From: Clostridia bacterium
GTDB taxonomy: Bacteria > Bacillota > Clostridia > Christensenellales > CAG-138
Assembly (NCBI GenBank): GCA_036651815.1
Contig: JAVVXB010000007.1
Span: 14,192-78,191 of the forward strand
Direction: 5' to 3'
DNA length: 64,000 nucleotides
How positions within the stretch are numbered: the first letter of the stretch is position 1; each line of letters begins with the position of its first letter. Shown here in pieces: positions 36,611-45,819 of the stretch. A program made the translations under genes and the position numbers. The notes beneath the pieces are model-generated. The model ran no database searches. It was not told the origin of the DNA and was given only the letters and a program-made list of their open reading frames with translations.

Positions 36611-36996
36611 ATTCTGTCGGAAGGCTCGTTCGGTGATACAACTTCGTGGCTGCTTCTAGGTGGTGGCAACGCGCATGGCGACTAGCCCCGAAAATTCTTC
36701 CGGATTTGTGCCGATTGTGGGCGTTAGAAAGCAAAGTTGGAACTTTGCGAAAACAGATTGCGGAGAAAGGCAGGGCATTGCCAAAGACCGCTACACAAAA
36801 CAAGTGGCCGTTATTTCATATGCTGATCGTATCGATGCCAATCTCGCCTGCGTACTTTTACACGCCTGTGCGCTTGCCGTCATCCGTCAATGGAATTGCA
36901 CCGAACGCGGTTGAAACGGATTTTATCGTTTACATATGTGATTGAACGTTTTAAACCGTGCGATATCGGCAGATTTACTCGTTTCGTTTGATATTT

Positions 36997-37923
36997 TTAT
37001 TTTTTAGGGAAGGGCACACCACATTCCTGCTTGAGATACACGTCGAAGCGATCCCGGTTTTTGATAACATAATTGGCAAAGTTCTCGGTGGCACGGGAAA
37101 GATATCTCGATTTGCGCCATGCAAGTGCAATGGAGCGCGGCGGAATATCGTCTAGAATCCGCAGCATTTTGATGGGGCTTGCATGCTTGCCAAGCGGCTT
37201 TGGAATCAAAGCGATCCCGAAGTTTGCCGATACGGAACTGACGATGATGTTGTCGTTGGTGGTTTCAAAGGCAACCTTTGGGGCAAAACCCGCATTGTGC
37301 AAAATGCCGTTGATGTAACCCCGAATTTGGCATCTGTTTTCATAGGTAATGAGCTTTTCGTTGCGTAATTGGGAAAGGTGGATGGCCTTGTACCGCGCGA
37401 GGGGATGCTGATTAGAGACGATAACCACCGTCTCGTGGTAGCCGATGGGATAGTATTCGAAGCTGGGGTTTGCAATCTCTGTAGTAAACGCAAGATCGCT
37501 GCTGCCGTTTGCAATGGCTTCCTCAATCTCCGTGGTGGAGGAAGGAAAGAAGCGAAAGTGCGACTGAATTTTTCCCGTATCCGTATAGTAGCAGGAGATG
37601 GCATAGGTAACGAGGTCGTTTAAGGAGCTGAAGTAGCTCAGCGAAATCATGCCGGATTCCGGATCGGTCATGTCCTTCAGCTTGAATTGCGCCTCGTCCA
37701 GAAGGGCGAGGGCGGGCTTCACATACTCCAACAAAATCTCGCCGAAGGGGGTGACGGTAATGTCCCGGCCACTGCGGTTTAAGAGCGGCGCATTCAGTTC
37801 GCGTTCCAGTTCGTTGATGGAATGACTCAGCGTGGACTGTGTTACCCGAAGCTGCTCGGAGGCGCGTGTATAGCTCTTTTTTTGCACAATCGTACAAAAG
37901 TAGGTAAGCTGTTGTAAATTCAT
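36997..37923 (-). CDS. LysR-family transcriptional regulator (LTTR)
   Basis: N-terminal wHTH MNLQQLTYFCTIVQKKSYTRASEQLRVTQSTLSHSINELERELNAPLLNRSGR and a C-terminal substrate-binding fold. Divergent from aroD. Confidence 0.9.
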   Translation of the reverse strand: MNLQQLTYFCTIVQKKSYTRASEQLRVTQSTLSHSINELERELNAPLLNRSGRDITVTPFGEILLEYVKPALALLDEAQFKLKDMTDPESGMISLSYFSSLNDLVTYAISCYYTDTGKIQSHFRFFPSSTTEIEEAIANGSSDLAFTTEIANPSFEYYPIGYHETVVIVSNQHPLARYKAIHLSQLRNEKLITYENRCQIRGYINGILHNAGFAPKVAFETTNDNIIVSSVSANFGIALIPKPLGKHASPIKMLRILDDIPPRSIALAWRKSRYLSRATENFANYVIKNRDRFDVYLKQECGVPFPKK

Positions 37924-37985
37924 GAAAACACCTCATGTAAGCAAATTATATCATCTGATGGACATAAAAATAATTTAAAATATTG

Positions 37986-38000
37986 ATGAAAATTCTTCAT
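37986..38000. promoter_or_regulatory. LTTR-box-like dyad (T-N11-A) proximal to the LysR gene
   Basis: ATGAA-aattc-TTCAT is a perfect 5-5-5 inverted repeat, 63 nt upstream of the LysR ATG. Confidence 0.5.
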
Positions 38001-38198
38001 ACTACATTGTCGAAGAAATATTGTATTCTCAGGGCGGTATCTGTGTGCGGCCAGCATTAGGCAATATTGCGCAAAGGCACATGGAAGCGCATTTTTTGCG
38101 CAGTCATACAAAAGCAGGCAAGCGGTGGAAAATTCATGAAATTACTTGATGCAAATATACCATTTTTTAGATGAACATGCAACAAATTCGAGAATATG

Positions 38199-38262
38199 AT
38201 GAAAATAATTCATAAGAAAATGCAAAAGGGGTATAGAAATAGTCGGGCGGTATTTGTATAAT
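38199..38262 (+). promoter_or_regulatory. Second LTTR-box-like dyad plus aroD promoter -10
   Basis: ATGAA-aataa-TTCAT (38199-38213), then 31 nt, then GGGCGGTATTTGTATAAT with TATAAT at 38257-38262; 49 nt before the aroD ATG. Confidence 0.5.
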
Positions 38263-38310
38263 GAATGCATCTGAGAGCAAATTGGAAATTTTATTAAAGG
38301 GGATCATCCT

Positions 38311-39075
38311 ATGATTCGACCCATAACTATTAAAAACGTTACAATCGGCGAAGGTGTTCCCAAAATAATTGTACCAATCACGGAGCAGCGCAAAACAGAT
38401 ATTATTGAAAAAGCCCATGAGATCGCTTTGATGGACATCCATATGGTGGAGTGGAGATCTGATTTTTACGTTGATGTGGCAGATACTGCGAAGGTATTGG
38501 CAACGCTCAAGGATCTAAGAAACGCACTGGGAAAGAAGATTTTGCTTTTTACCTTCCGCACGATGAAGGAAGGTGGCGACAGGGCGTTTTCCGAAGAGGA
38601 CTATCTTGCGCTGAATCTCGCTGTTGCCAGCAGTGGAAACGTGGACGTTGTAGACGTAGAGGTTCTCTCACTCGGTTTGAAGGCGAAGGCGCACATTGCT
38701 GCGCTTCAGTCGACGGGGACGCTTGTCATTGGTTCCAACCATGATTTTTACAAGACCCCGGCGCGGCAGGAACTAGTCGACCGGCTTTGTGCAATACAAG
38801 CCGCCGGTGCGGATATTCCGAAACTTGCCGTTATGCCTCAGAGCAAGGAAGACGTGCTGGAACTTTTATCGGCAACGCAAGAGATGTTCTCCCGGCATGC
38901 CAATCGTCCGATCATTACGATGTCCATGGCATCGATGGGTGTGATTTCCCGGCTTTCTGGCGAGGTGTTCGGCTCCGCCATGACCTTCGGCGCGGTAGGT
39001 CGTGTATCTGCTCCAGGACAAATTCCTGTAGAACAACTGGCTCAAGGCCTCGCCATCATCCATAGCGCAAGCTAA
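38311..39075 (+). CDS. aroD: Type I 3-dehydroquinate dehydratase
   Basis: IKNVTIGEGVPKIIVPI, MVEWRSDFY, FTFRTMKEGG, and ITMSMASMGVISRL (Schiff-base Lys region context). Confidence 0.9.
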   Translation: MIRPITIKNVTIGEGVPKIIVPITEQRKTDIIEKAHEIALMDIHMVEWRSDFYVDVADTAKVLATLKDLRNALGKKILLFTFRTMKEGGDRAFSEEDYLALNLAVASSGNVDVVDVEVLSLGLKAKAHIAALQSTGTLVIGSNHDFYKTPARQELVDRLCAIQAAGADIPKLAVMPQSKEDVLELLSATQEMFSRHANRPIITMSMASMGVISRLSGEVFGSAMTFGAVGRVSAPGQIPVEQLAQGLAIIHSAS

Positions 39076-39693
39076 GAATGCACGATCCCAAATATCAAAT
39101 CAAAATTAGTCGGTCTAATACGAAGTAATCAGTTTTAATAACCATATGAGAATGCACCATAAGGGTATATGAAAGAAAAGCATAAAAACGCAGCTTGAAA
39201 ACAAAATATGGCACAATGGGTTCAGACACTCAAGCACCATCGGAATCCATAGCATGGTAGCCAAGACGTAAGCCGGCGAAGGTTGCCGGAGAAGCCGCTT
39301 GTAAGCAATCGCGTTCTTCTTGTTGGGCCATGCGATAGAAGCCGCCACAAAAGATGTGTGAACGAAATTGCCACGACAACCCGGATAAACGGTTTTAAGT
39401 GCCATATTCGTACGTTTCACAAAAAAAAGTGCGGTGAAACAAGCAGTGACGGATTGCTTGCATAAAAGCGGGCAGCGTTTTTTACAAAGATACGTTGACA
39501 AGATTATATTTGAACCATTGTTTTCTAAGAGCGGACGGTGCACACAATCACGCACGGCGTTGCGCTATGTCCGCTCAACCCCACACGTTGTGTCGTGTGC
39601 CTGCTTCCTCGCTGCTATTGTATAAAAATCTACCACGAAGGCCTGCGGTTTCGTTCCGTTTTGTGCCTTTCGCAGAAAGGTTTGGTCGTAATC

Positions 39694-40563
39694 ATGATAA
39701 CCGTTGATACCAAGCTGATAGGCTTGTTAGGAAATCCACTTCGGCAGTCCTTGTCCACGCGTATGCAAAATGCAGCGTTCCGTGCCTGCAGTCTCGATTT
39801 TGAGTATTTTCCCATCGAAACCACAGAGACGTCCCTCGATGCGATTGTGCGGGGTATCTGCCATATGCGCTTTGCGGGCTTTGGCGTGACCAAGCCCGAC
39901 AAGGTAGCGATCATAAAACACTTGGATCAGCTCGATGATTTTGCCGCCAAGATGGGCGCGGTTAACACCGTGGTAATCGAGCCGGATGGTTCACTCACCG
40001 GTTACAATACAGATGGCGTGGGCTTCCTGCGTTCCCTTGGCGAATATTATCAAAATCCGCTTTGCGAAAGCACATTTTTATGCCTTGGCGCTGGTGGCGC
40101 AGCGCGGGCCATCTGTGGTTCGCTGGCGCATCAGGGGGCAAAGAAAATTACCGTGAGCAGCCTTTTTGACACGGATAGCGAACAACTTGTTAACGAGATC
40201 AATGCGCAGTTCGCGCCGGTTGTCGGCATGGTACCGTGGGACGATAAGAAGGCGATTCAGGCCGCTGCGGGAACTTCCGATGTGATCATCAATGCCACCG
40301 GCGTGGGAATGGGTGCGCATGTGGGGGAATCTCCCGTGGATCCGGATGTTTTTCACGCCGGGATGTTGGCTTTCGATGCGGCCTACAACCCCGCTGTTAC
40401 GAAATTCCTCATCGATGCCAAGGCAAAGGGTTGCGGCATTCTCAATGGACTCGGTATGCTGCTCTACCAAGGCGCCGCACAATTTGAAATATGGACAGGC
40501 GCGCAGGCGCCAACGGATCTCATGCGCCAAACGCTTGAAGCGTGCATTGGCGACAAAGGCTGA
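39694..40563 (+). CDS. aroE: Shikimate dehydrogenase
   Basis: GLLGNPLRQSLSTRMQNAAF, GFGVTKPDK, GAVNTVV, GYNTDGVGF, LGAGGAARA. The track ORF from 39538 has a non-homologous extension. Confidence 0.9.
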   Translation: MITVDTKLIGLLGNPLRQSLSTRMQNAAFRACSLDFEYFPIETTETSLDAIVRGICHMRFAGFGVTKPDKVAIIKHLDQLDDFAAKMGAVNTVVIEPDGSLTGYNTDGVGFLRSLGEYYQNPLCESTFLCLGAGGAARAICGSLAHQGAKKITVSSLFDTDSEQLVNEINAQFAPVVGMVPWDDKKAIQAAAGTSDVIINATGVGMGAHVGESPVDPDVFHAGMLAFDAAYNPAVTKFLIDAKAKGCGILNGLGMLLYQGAAQFEIWTGAQAPTDLMRQTLEACIGDKG

Positions 40564-40575
40564 AGGGAGATTCTT

Positions 40576-41868
40576 ATGATTGCGAAGATATATCCGGGCT
40601 CCGTTCGCGGAGAAATGAGTGTTCCAAGTTCCAAGAGCCATACCATCCGCGCACTAATTGTTGCGACCTTGGCCGGCGGCCGTTCGTACATCCGCAATCC
40701 GCTTTTAAGCGAGGATTGCAAGGCGGCCATGCGCATTGCGGGACAATTTGGTTCCACGGTTGCGGCGGCGGAAAACTGCTGGATGGTGGATGGCCCACAA
40801 GATGGACTCAAGACACCGGACGATATTGTAAATGTCGATAATTCCGGCACAACCTTGTATTTTATGACGTCGATTGCAGCGCTGCTGCCGGACTATACCG
40901 TTTTTACGGGTGATAAATCCATCCGAAAACGCCCGGTGCAGCCACTGCTGGACGCGTTGAATAAGCTGGGTGCACAGTCCTCACCCACCCGTTCTGGCAG
41001 CAACAGCGCACCGTTCTTTATCAAGGGGCCGATCTGCGGCGGCGAGGTCGAGGTTCCCTGCACGACATCCCAGTACATATCCTCACTGATGATTGCGGCG
41101 CCCATGTGCAGTGGAGATACCTGCATCACCACTCAGAAGCCCATGGAAATTCCCTATCTCGATATGACGATTCAATGGTTGCGGGAGGCCGGTGTCGAAG
41201 TTGATTATGATCAAAAAGAGCACAAATACTTTAAAATTAAAGGCAATCAGAAGTACAAGCCTTTTGACAAGGTAATGCCAAGCGATTGGTCCAGCGTAGC
41301 GTTTCCCACCGTGGCGGCGCTTACGGAAGGCTCTGAACTGACCATCCACAACATGAATTTTAAGGACACACAGGGAGACGCGGCGGTAATTGACCATCTG
41401 ATTGCAATGGGTGCCGACATTCAAAAGAATGCGACCAAGGGCGACCTTGTGATCCGTGGCGGAAACAAGCTTCATGGAATCACCATTGACCTTATGAACA
41501 CGCCTGATGCATTGCCCATCCTTTGCGTAGCAGGCTGCATGGCAGAGGATACGACCGTGCTGGACAATGTGGCCGGTGCGCGGCTTAAGGAAACGGATCG
41601 CGTTGCAGTGATGACCGAGGCACTCACGCGCATGGGCGCGGATATTTTTGCAACGGAGAACACGATCACAATCCATGGCGGCAAAGCCTTGCGAGGATGC
41701 ATCCAAGATAGCCACGATGATCACCGTATCGCCATGGCATTGACGGTGGCGGCACTTTCCGCTCAGGGCTGCACGACAATTCAGGGTGCGGAATGTGCAA
41801 GCGTTACATTCCCCGGATTCTACGATAAAATGCAAGTTTGCGGCTTAAACGTAACAATTAGCGAATAA
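40576..41868 (+). CDS. aroA: 3-phosphoshikimate 1-carboxyvinyltransferase (EPSP synthase)
   Basis: VPSSKSHTIRALIVATLAGG, NSGTTLYFM, KRPVQPLLDAL, LKETDR, HDDHRIAMAL. Confidence 0.93.
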   Translation: MIAKIYPGSVRGEMSVPSSKSHTIRALIVATLAGGRSYIRNPLLSEDCKAAMRIAGQFGSTVAAAENCWMVDGPQDGLKTPDDIVNVDNSGTTLYFMTSIAALLPDYTVFTGDKSIRKRPVQPLLDALNKLGAQSSPTRSGSNSAPFFIKGPICGGEVEVPCTTSQYISSLMIAAPMCSGDTCITTQKPMEIPYLDMTIQWLREAGVEVDYDQKEHKYFKIKGNQKYKPFDKVMPSDWSSVAFPTVAALTEGSELTIHNMNFKDTQGDAAVIDHLIAMGADIQKNATKGDLVIRGGNKLHGITIDLMNTPDALPILCVAGCMAEDTTVLDNVAGARLKETDRVAVMTEALTRMGADIFATENTITIHGGKALRGCIQDSHDDHRIAMALTVAALSAQGCTTIQGAECASVTFPGFYDKMQVCGLNVTISE

Positions 41869-41880
41869 GGAGGAATCATT

Positions 41881-43059
41881 ATGACTGGTAACACATTTGG
41901 TAAATTATTCCGCGTAACGACCTGCGGCGAATCCTATTCCGGCTGTTTTCGGAAGCATTCCGATATTCCGAAGGAACTCTATGGTGGCCTGCTGACCATC
42001 GTGGATGGTTGTCCCGCTGGCATTCGTATTACGGCAGAGGACATACAAAAGGAGCTGGACAAGCGTAAGCCCGGCCAGTCGCCCCTCGACTCCCCGCGTC
42101 TCGAGAAGGATCGGGTGTTCATTTTCTCCGGCGTGATGGAGAACGATCTTTCTACGGGCGCGCCCATTGGCATCGTGATTCCCAACAATGACATCGAGGA
42201 CGTTCACGTGGGCCAGTATCGTGACTACAAGAACAATATCCGGCCCGGCCATGCCGAGTACACCTTCTTCAAAAAATACGGTGATTACAGCGACTGGGTC
42301 GGCGCGGGCCGCGCATCTGGACGTGAGACGGTGAGTCGTGTTGCCGGTGGCGCCGTAGCGAAGCTGATTCTCGACAAGATGGGCATCGACGTGATCGCCT
42401 ACACCATCGAGTCCCACGGTATCAAGGCTAAAGAGCTGAGTTATGAGGAAGCGAAAAAGAACTATCGTGCAAACGAACTCAACTGTCCCGACCTCGAGGT
42501 CGCACCGAAGATGATTCAGGACATTCTCGATGTTCGCAAGAGCGGAGAAACCTGCGGAGGCATTGTAGAGCTCATTTGCCGCGGCGTTCCCGCCGGACTT
42601 GGCGAACCGGTGTTTGACAAGCTTGAGGCAACTATTTCCCATGCGCTGATGTCCATCGGCGCCGTGAAGGGCATCGAAGTCGGAGCGGGCTTCAAGGTTG
42701 CCGAGCTGTTGGGCTCCGCGTGCAACGATGAATCTTACGTGGATAAGGAGACGGGCCGCGTGGCGTTCTACAGCAATCATGCGGGTGGCTTCCTTGGCGG
42801 CATCAGCAATGGCGACGAAATTCGCATTCGCCTAGCCATTAAACCGACGCCCACCGTGTCCGTTCCCCAAAGGGCCGTCGATGTTGAGCGCATGACGGAT
42901 GGTGTGCTGTCCCCCATCACAAGGAGGGATGCGTCGCTACTGCCACGCATCTACCCGGTTTGCGAGGCCATGGCCCGTATAGCGATTGTGGATGCCATGA
43001 TGATTGCCAAGGGCTATCGCGCCATGACCGATCTCGAAGAAAAGTGGGATAAAATCTGA
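41881..43059 (+). CDS. aroC: Chorismate synthase, divergent at two signature regions
   Basis: [67 protein letters not shown]. However, GESYSG plus a 14-aa insertion replaces GESHG, and RRDASLL replaces RHDPCV. Confidence 0.85.
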   Translation: MTGNTFGKLFRVTTCGESYSGCFRKHSDIPKELYGGLLTIVDGCPAGIRITAEDIQKELDKRKPGQSPLDSPRLEKDRVFIFSGVMENDLSTGAPIGIVIPNNDIEDVHVGQYRDYKNNIRPGHAEYTFFKKYGDYSDWVGAGRASGRETVSRVAGGAVAKLILDKMGIDVIAYTIESHGIKAKELSYEEAKKNYRANELNCPDLEVAPKMIQDILDVRKSGETCGGIVELICRGVPAGLGEPVFDKLEATISHALMSIGAVKGIEVGAGFKVAELLGSACNDESYVDKETGRVAFYSNHAGGFLGGISNGDEIRIRLAIKPTPTVSVPQRAVDVERMTDGVLSPITRRDASLLPRIYPVCEAMARIAIVDAMMIAKGYRAMTDLEEKWDKI

Positions 43060-43098
43060 GCAATCGGGTTTTGTAAGTAAAAAAAAGGAGTGTCCCCA

Positions 43099-44682
43099 AT
43101 GAAAAAACTAATCGTTCTCATCCTGTCGCTCATGATGGTTTGCATGAGCTTCGCAGGCTGCACGCAGCAGGCCCCAGAGCAAGGATCTACGCCCGAGGCG
43201 GGCGTTGGCGAAACAGTACCCGCAGAAGGCGAGACATCGTCGGCTGAACAGACCGCCGTCCGTAAGGATACCTTGGTCGTTGCGATTCAGGCCGAACCGC
43301 AGACCATGGACCCCTATGCTGCTTCCCATGATACTACGTTCGTCAGCTCCGAAACGATCTTCGAGTCCCTGCTGAAGTCCGTTGATGGCGAACTGACCCC
43401 TTGGCTCGCAGAGAGCTACGAAATCGTTGACGATCTGACCATCGTGTTCCATCTTCGCGACGACGTCTATTTCCATGACGGCAACAAGATGACGGCGGAC
43501 GACGTTGTATTCTCGCTCGGTTACGCCGCAACCAGCAGCTTTACGAGCACCATGTTCGGCGCAATCGACATCGAAAACACCAAAGCGCTGGATGAAAAAA
43601 CGGTAGAAGTCAAACTGAAGTACGCTTATGCACCTTTGATGGAGGGCATTGCAAGCTATCGCGGCGTTATCCTTAGCAAGGCTGCGTTCGAGTCCATGGG
43701 TGTAGACGCCTTCGGCCGTGCGCCTGTCGGTACCGGCCCCATGATGTTCAAAGACTGGATTAACGGCGACAGGATCGAACTTGTTGGCTTTGATAAATAC
43801 TGGGGCGAGAAGCCCATGTTTGACAACATGACCATCCGCATCATCCTCGAGGCTTCTTCGAGAAGCGTGGAGCTTGAAACCGGCGGCGTTGACATTGCTT
43901 TCCAGATTGCGCCCGTCGATTGGACGCGCCTTGCGGAGGGCCCGGACACGCAGATGCTCACCGGCAACTCCATGGGCATGACCTATCTCTGCTTCAACAA
44001 CTCCAATGAGCTTTATGGCAATGAACTCGTTCGTAAGGCGATTGCCTATGCCATCAACGTTGAAGCCGTCGCCAAGACTGCTTACCAGGGCCAGGCCGAT
44101 GCGGCCGACGGCTTTATCGCAAGGAGCATCCCGGGCTACAAGAAGGTCGGTCCCTGGGAATACAACCCCGAAAAGAGCAAGGAACTGCTGAAGGAAGCGG
44201 GCTACGAAAATGGCCTCGAAGTGAAGTTTGTTACCTTCCAACAGCAGTATTACAACGCCTGCATCGAGATCATCCAGAGCATGCTCAAGGAAGTTGGCAT
44301 CACCTGCACCATCGACATGGTTGACCTTGCCACCTTTACGTCCATGAACAATGCGGGTGAGCTGCCCATGACCGTTATGGCCAACAGCGCGTCCATTCCG
44401 GATCCCGCCAGCGCACTGGTTGCGTGGCCTCTGGCCAGAACCATCTCCCTGCGCCACAACGACCAGCACGTACAGGATCTGCTGGACAAGGGCGAGCGTA
44501 CCTACGCGCTGGAAGATCGTATTCCGATCTATGAGGAGTTGCAGGATTACCTTTGGGAGAAACTCTACCTGCTTCCGCTGGTCTATCCCATCACCGGTTA
44601 TGGTGCCCGTGCCAACATCAAAAACTTCAATTACGTACCCACCGGTATCCCCGATTTTGCGGGAATCGTATTTGCCGGTTAA
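43099..44682 (+). CDS. ABC transporter substrate-binding lipoprotein, family 5 (peptide/opine/nickel type)
   Basis: Lipobox SFAGC, GGAG RBS, and family-5 blocks LVVAIQAEPQTMDP, LAESYEIVDDLTIVFHLRDDVYFHDG. Confidence 0.85.
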   Translation: MKKLIVLILSLMMVCMSFAGCTQQAPEQGSTPEAGVGETVPAEGETSSAEQTAVRKDTLVVAIQAEPQTMDPYAASHDTTFVSSETIFESLLKSVDGELTPWLAESYEIVDDLTIVFHLRDDVYFHDGNKMTADDVVFSLGYAATSSFTSTMFGAIDIENTKALDEKTVEVKLKYAYAPLMEGIASYRGVILSKAAFESMGVDAFGRAPVGTGPMMFKDWINGDRIELVGFDKYWGEKPMFDNMTIRIILEASSRSVELETGGVDIAFQIAPVDWTRLAEGPDTQMLTGNSMGMTYLCFNNSNELYGNELVRKAIAYAINVEAVAKTAYQGQADAADGFIARSIPGYKKVGPWEYNPEKSKELLKEAGYENGLEVKFVTFQQQYYNACIEIIQSMLKEVGITCTIDMVDLATFTSMNNAGELPMTVMANSASIPDPASALVAWPLARTISLRHNDQHVQDLLDKGERTYALEDRIPIYEELQDYLWEKLYLLPLVYPITGYGARANIKNFNYVPTGIPDFAGIVFAG

Positions 44683-44703
44683 TCTGAACACTGTGTAATA
44701 CCC

Positions 44704-44741
44704 CCTGGATGTCCAACGCCTACGTGCGGTGGGCATCCAGG
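44704..44741 (+). other. Intercistronic stem-loop after the binding-protein gene
   Basis: 11-bp stem CCTGGATGTCC / GGGCATCCAGG (one G-U pair) with no U-tract. This is typical of mRNA-stabilising or partial-termination elements that raise SBP:permease ratios. Confidence 0.45.
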
Positions 44742-44802
44742 AGCTCTCTATTCCTGAGGCCGGGCTATCCGGCATCAAATCCCCCCCATAAGGAGTCAAG
44801 TG

Positions 44803-45819
44803 ATGCTACGATATATAGCAAAGAGAATACTTCTCATGATTCCGGTTCTGCTGGGCATTAGCTTTTTGATTTTCGTGCTGATGTTTTTTACGCCCGGCGA
44901 CCCGGCCCAGATGATTCTCGGTGATATGGCTGAGAAAGAGGAAGTCGAAGCCCTGCGTGAAGAGTTGGGCTTAAACGACAGCTTCTTCGAACGGTACTTT
45001 TCATATATGGGCGGCTTGCTTAAGGGCGACCTCGGCATATCCTACACAACAAAGCTGCCCGTATGGGACGAAATTGCGGCCCGTCTGCCGGTTACGGCCA
45101 AGGTTGCTTTTCTCGTCATTATTTTTGCTGTCCTTGTAGGCGTCCCAATCGGCATTCTTTCCGCGGTGCGCCAATATAGCGTCATCGACAGCATTACCCG
45201 CGTGTTTGCGCTGCTAGGCATCACGATGCCCAGCTTCTGGCTCGCGCTGCTGCTGGTATTGCTGTTTTCAGTAAAGCTGCAATGGTTGCCGGCGTCCGGA
45301 CTTTACGGCTGGCAATATTACATTATGCCGATAATAAGCATCAGCGCGGTTTCAGTGGCCACGATTACGCGTACGGCCCGCTCCAGCATGCTGGAGGTTG
45401 TGCGTCAGGATTATATTCGTACCGCAAGAGCCAAAGGACAAAGGGAAAGCGTGGTTCTGTTTAAGCATGCGCTTTTGAATGCACTGATTCCCATTTTAAC
45501 CATCGTAGGCATCCAGTTTGCCGGTGGGCTTGGCGGCGCCGTAGTCAACGAGCAAGTGTTTGCCATTCCCGGAATTGGCAAGTTGATGGTGGATGCGATC
45601 AAGGCGAGAAACTATCCGCTTGTGCAGGGTTCCGTGCTGGTGCTGGCCGTCCTGCAAAGCCTAGTGAACTTATCAATTGATATTTTGTACGCCTTTGTCG
45701 ATCCTCGTATTCGTTCCCAGTATAGCCGGGGCAAGAAGAAGAAGGACAAAAAAGAAGACGATAGCCAATCCCCTGAATACGGAAAGTTGCTTGCGGCAAA
45801 GGAGAGTGACCCGATATGA
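44803..45819 (+). CDS. Dpp/Opp-type ABC transporter permease (DppB-like)
   Basis: MLRYIAKRILLMIPVLLGISFLIF N-terminus, EAA-loop region DYIRTARAKG, AGGAG RBS. Confidence 0.9.
   Translation: MLRYIAKRILLMIPVLLGISFLIFVLMFFTPGDPAQMILGDMAEKEEVEALREELGLNDSFFERYFSYMGGLLKGDLGISYTTKLPVWDEIAARLPVTAKVAFLVIIFAVLVGVPIGILSAVRQYSVIDSITRVFALLGITMPSFWLALLLVLLFSVKLQWLPASGLYGWQYYIMPIISISAVSVATITRTARSSMLEVVRQDYIRTARAKGQRESVVLFKHALLNALIPILTIVGIQFAGGLGGAVVNEQVFAIPGIGKLMVDAIKARNYPLVQGSVLVLAVLQSLVNLSIDILYAFVDPRIRSQYSRGKKKKDKKEDDSQSPEYGKLLAAKESDPI

Noticed and set aside
36646-36945. Overlapping 84-99-aa plus-strand ORFs and a 64-aa minus-strand ORF in the GNAT-LysR gap
   Set aside because: They are mutually overlapping frames without RBS or motifs. 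The region looks more like a decayed gene and is reported as a low-interest finding.
39115-39555. 146-aa minus-strand ORF in the aroD-aroE spacer
   Set aside because: It has no RBS before either candidate ATG, no family motif and an odd composition. The region is treated as non-coding or a remnant and is reported as a spacer finding instead.
39400-39693. T-box or other known riboswitch upstream of aroE
   Set aside because: I could not find the conserved T-box core sequence or a terminator/antiterminator pair. Only generic hairpins are present.
43108-44799. 563-aa ORF on the minus strand, plus similar long antisense ORFs at 41083-41835, 41905-42780, 48932-49987, 49876-50766, 55671-56756, 17000-17779 and 63257-63958
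   Set aside because: Each lies entirely antisense to a gene with clear family motifs. Their translations are Arg/Gly/His-rich with no recognisable domain, as expected for shadow frames in moderately GC-rich coding DNA.
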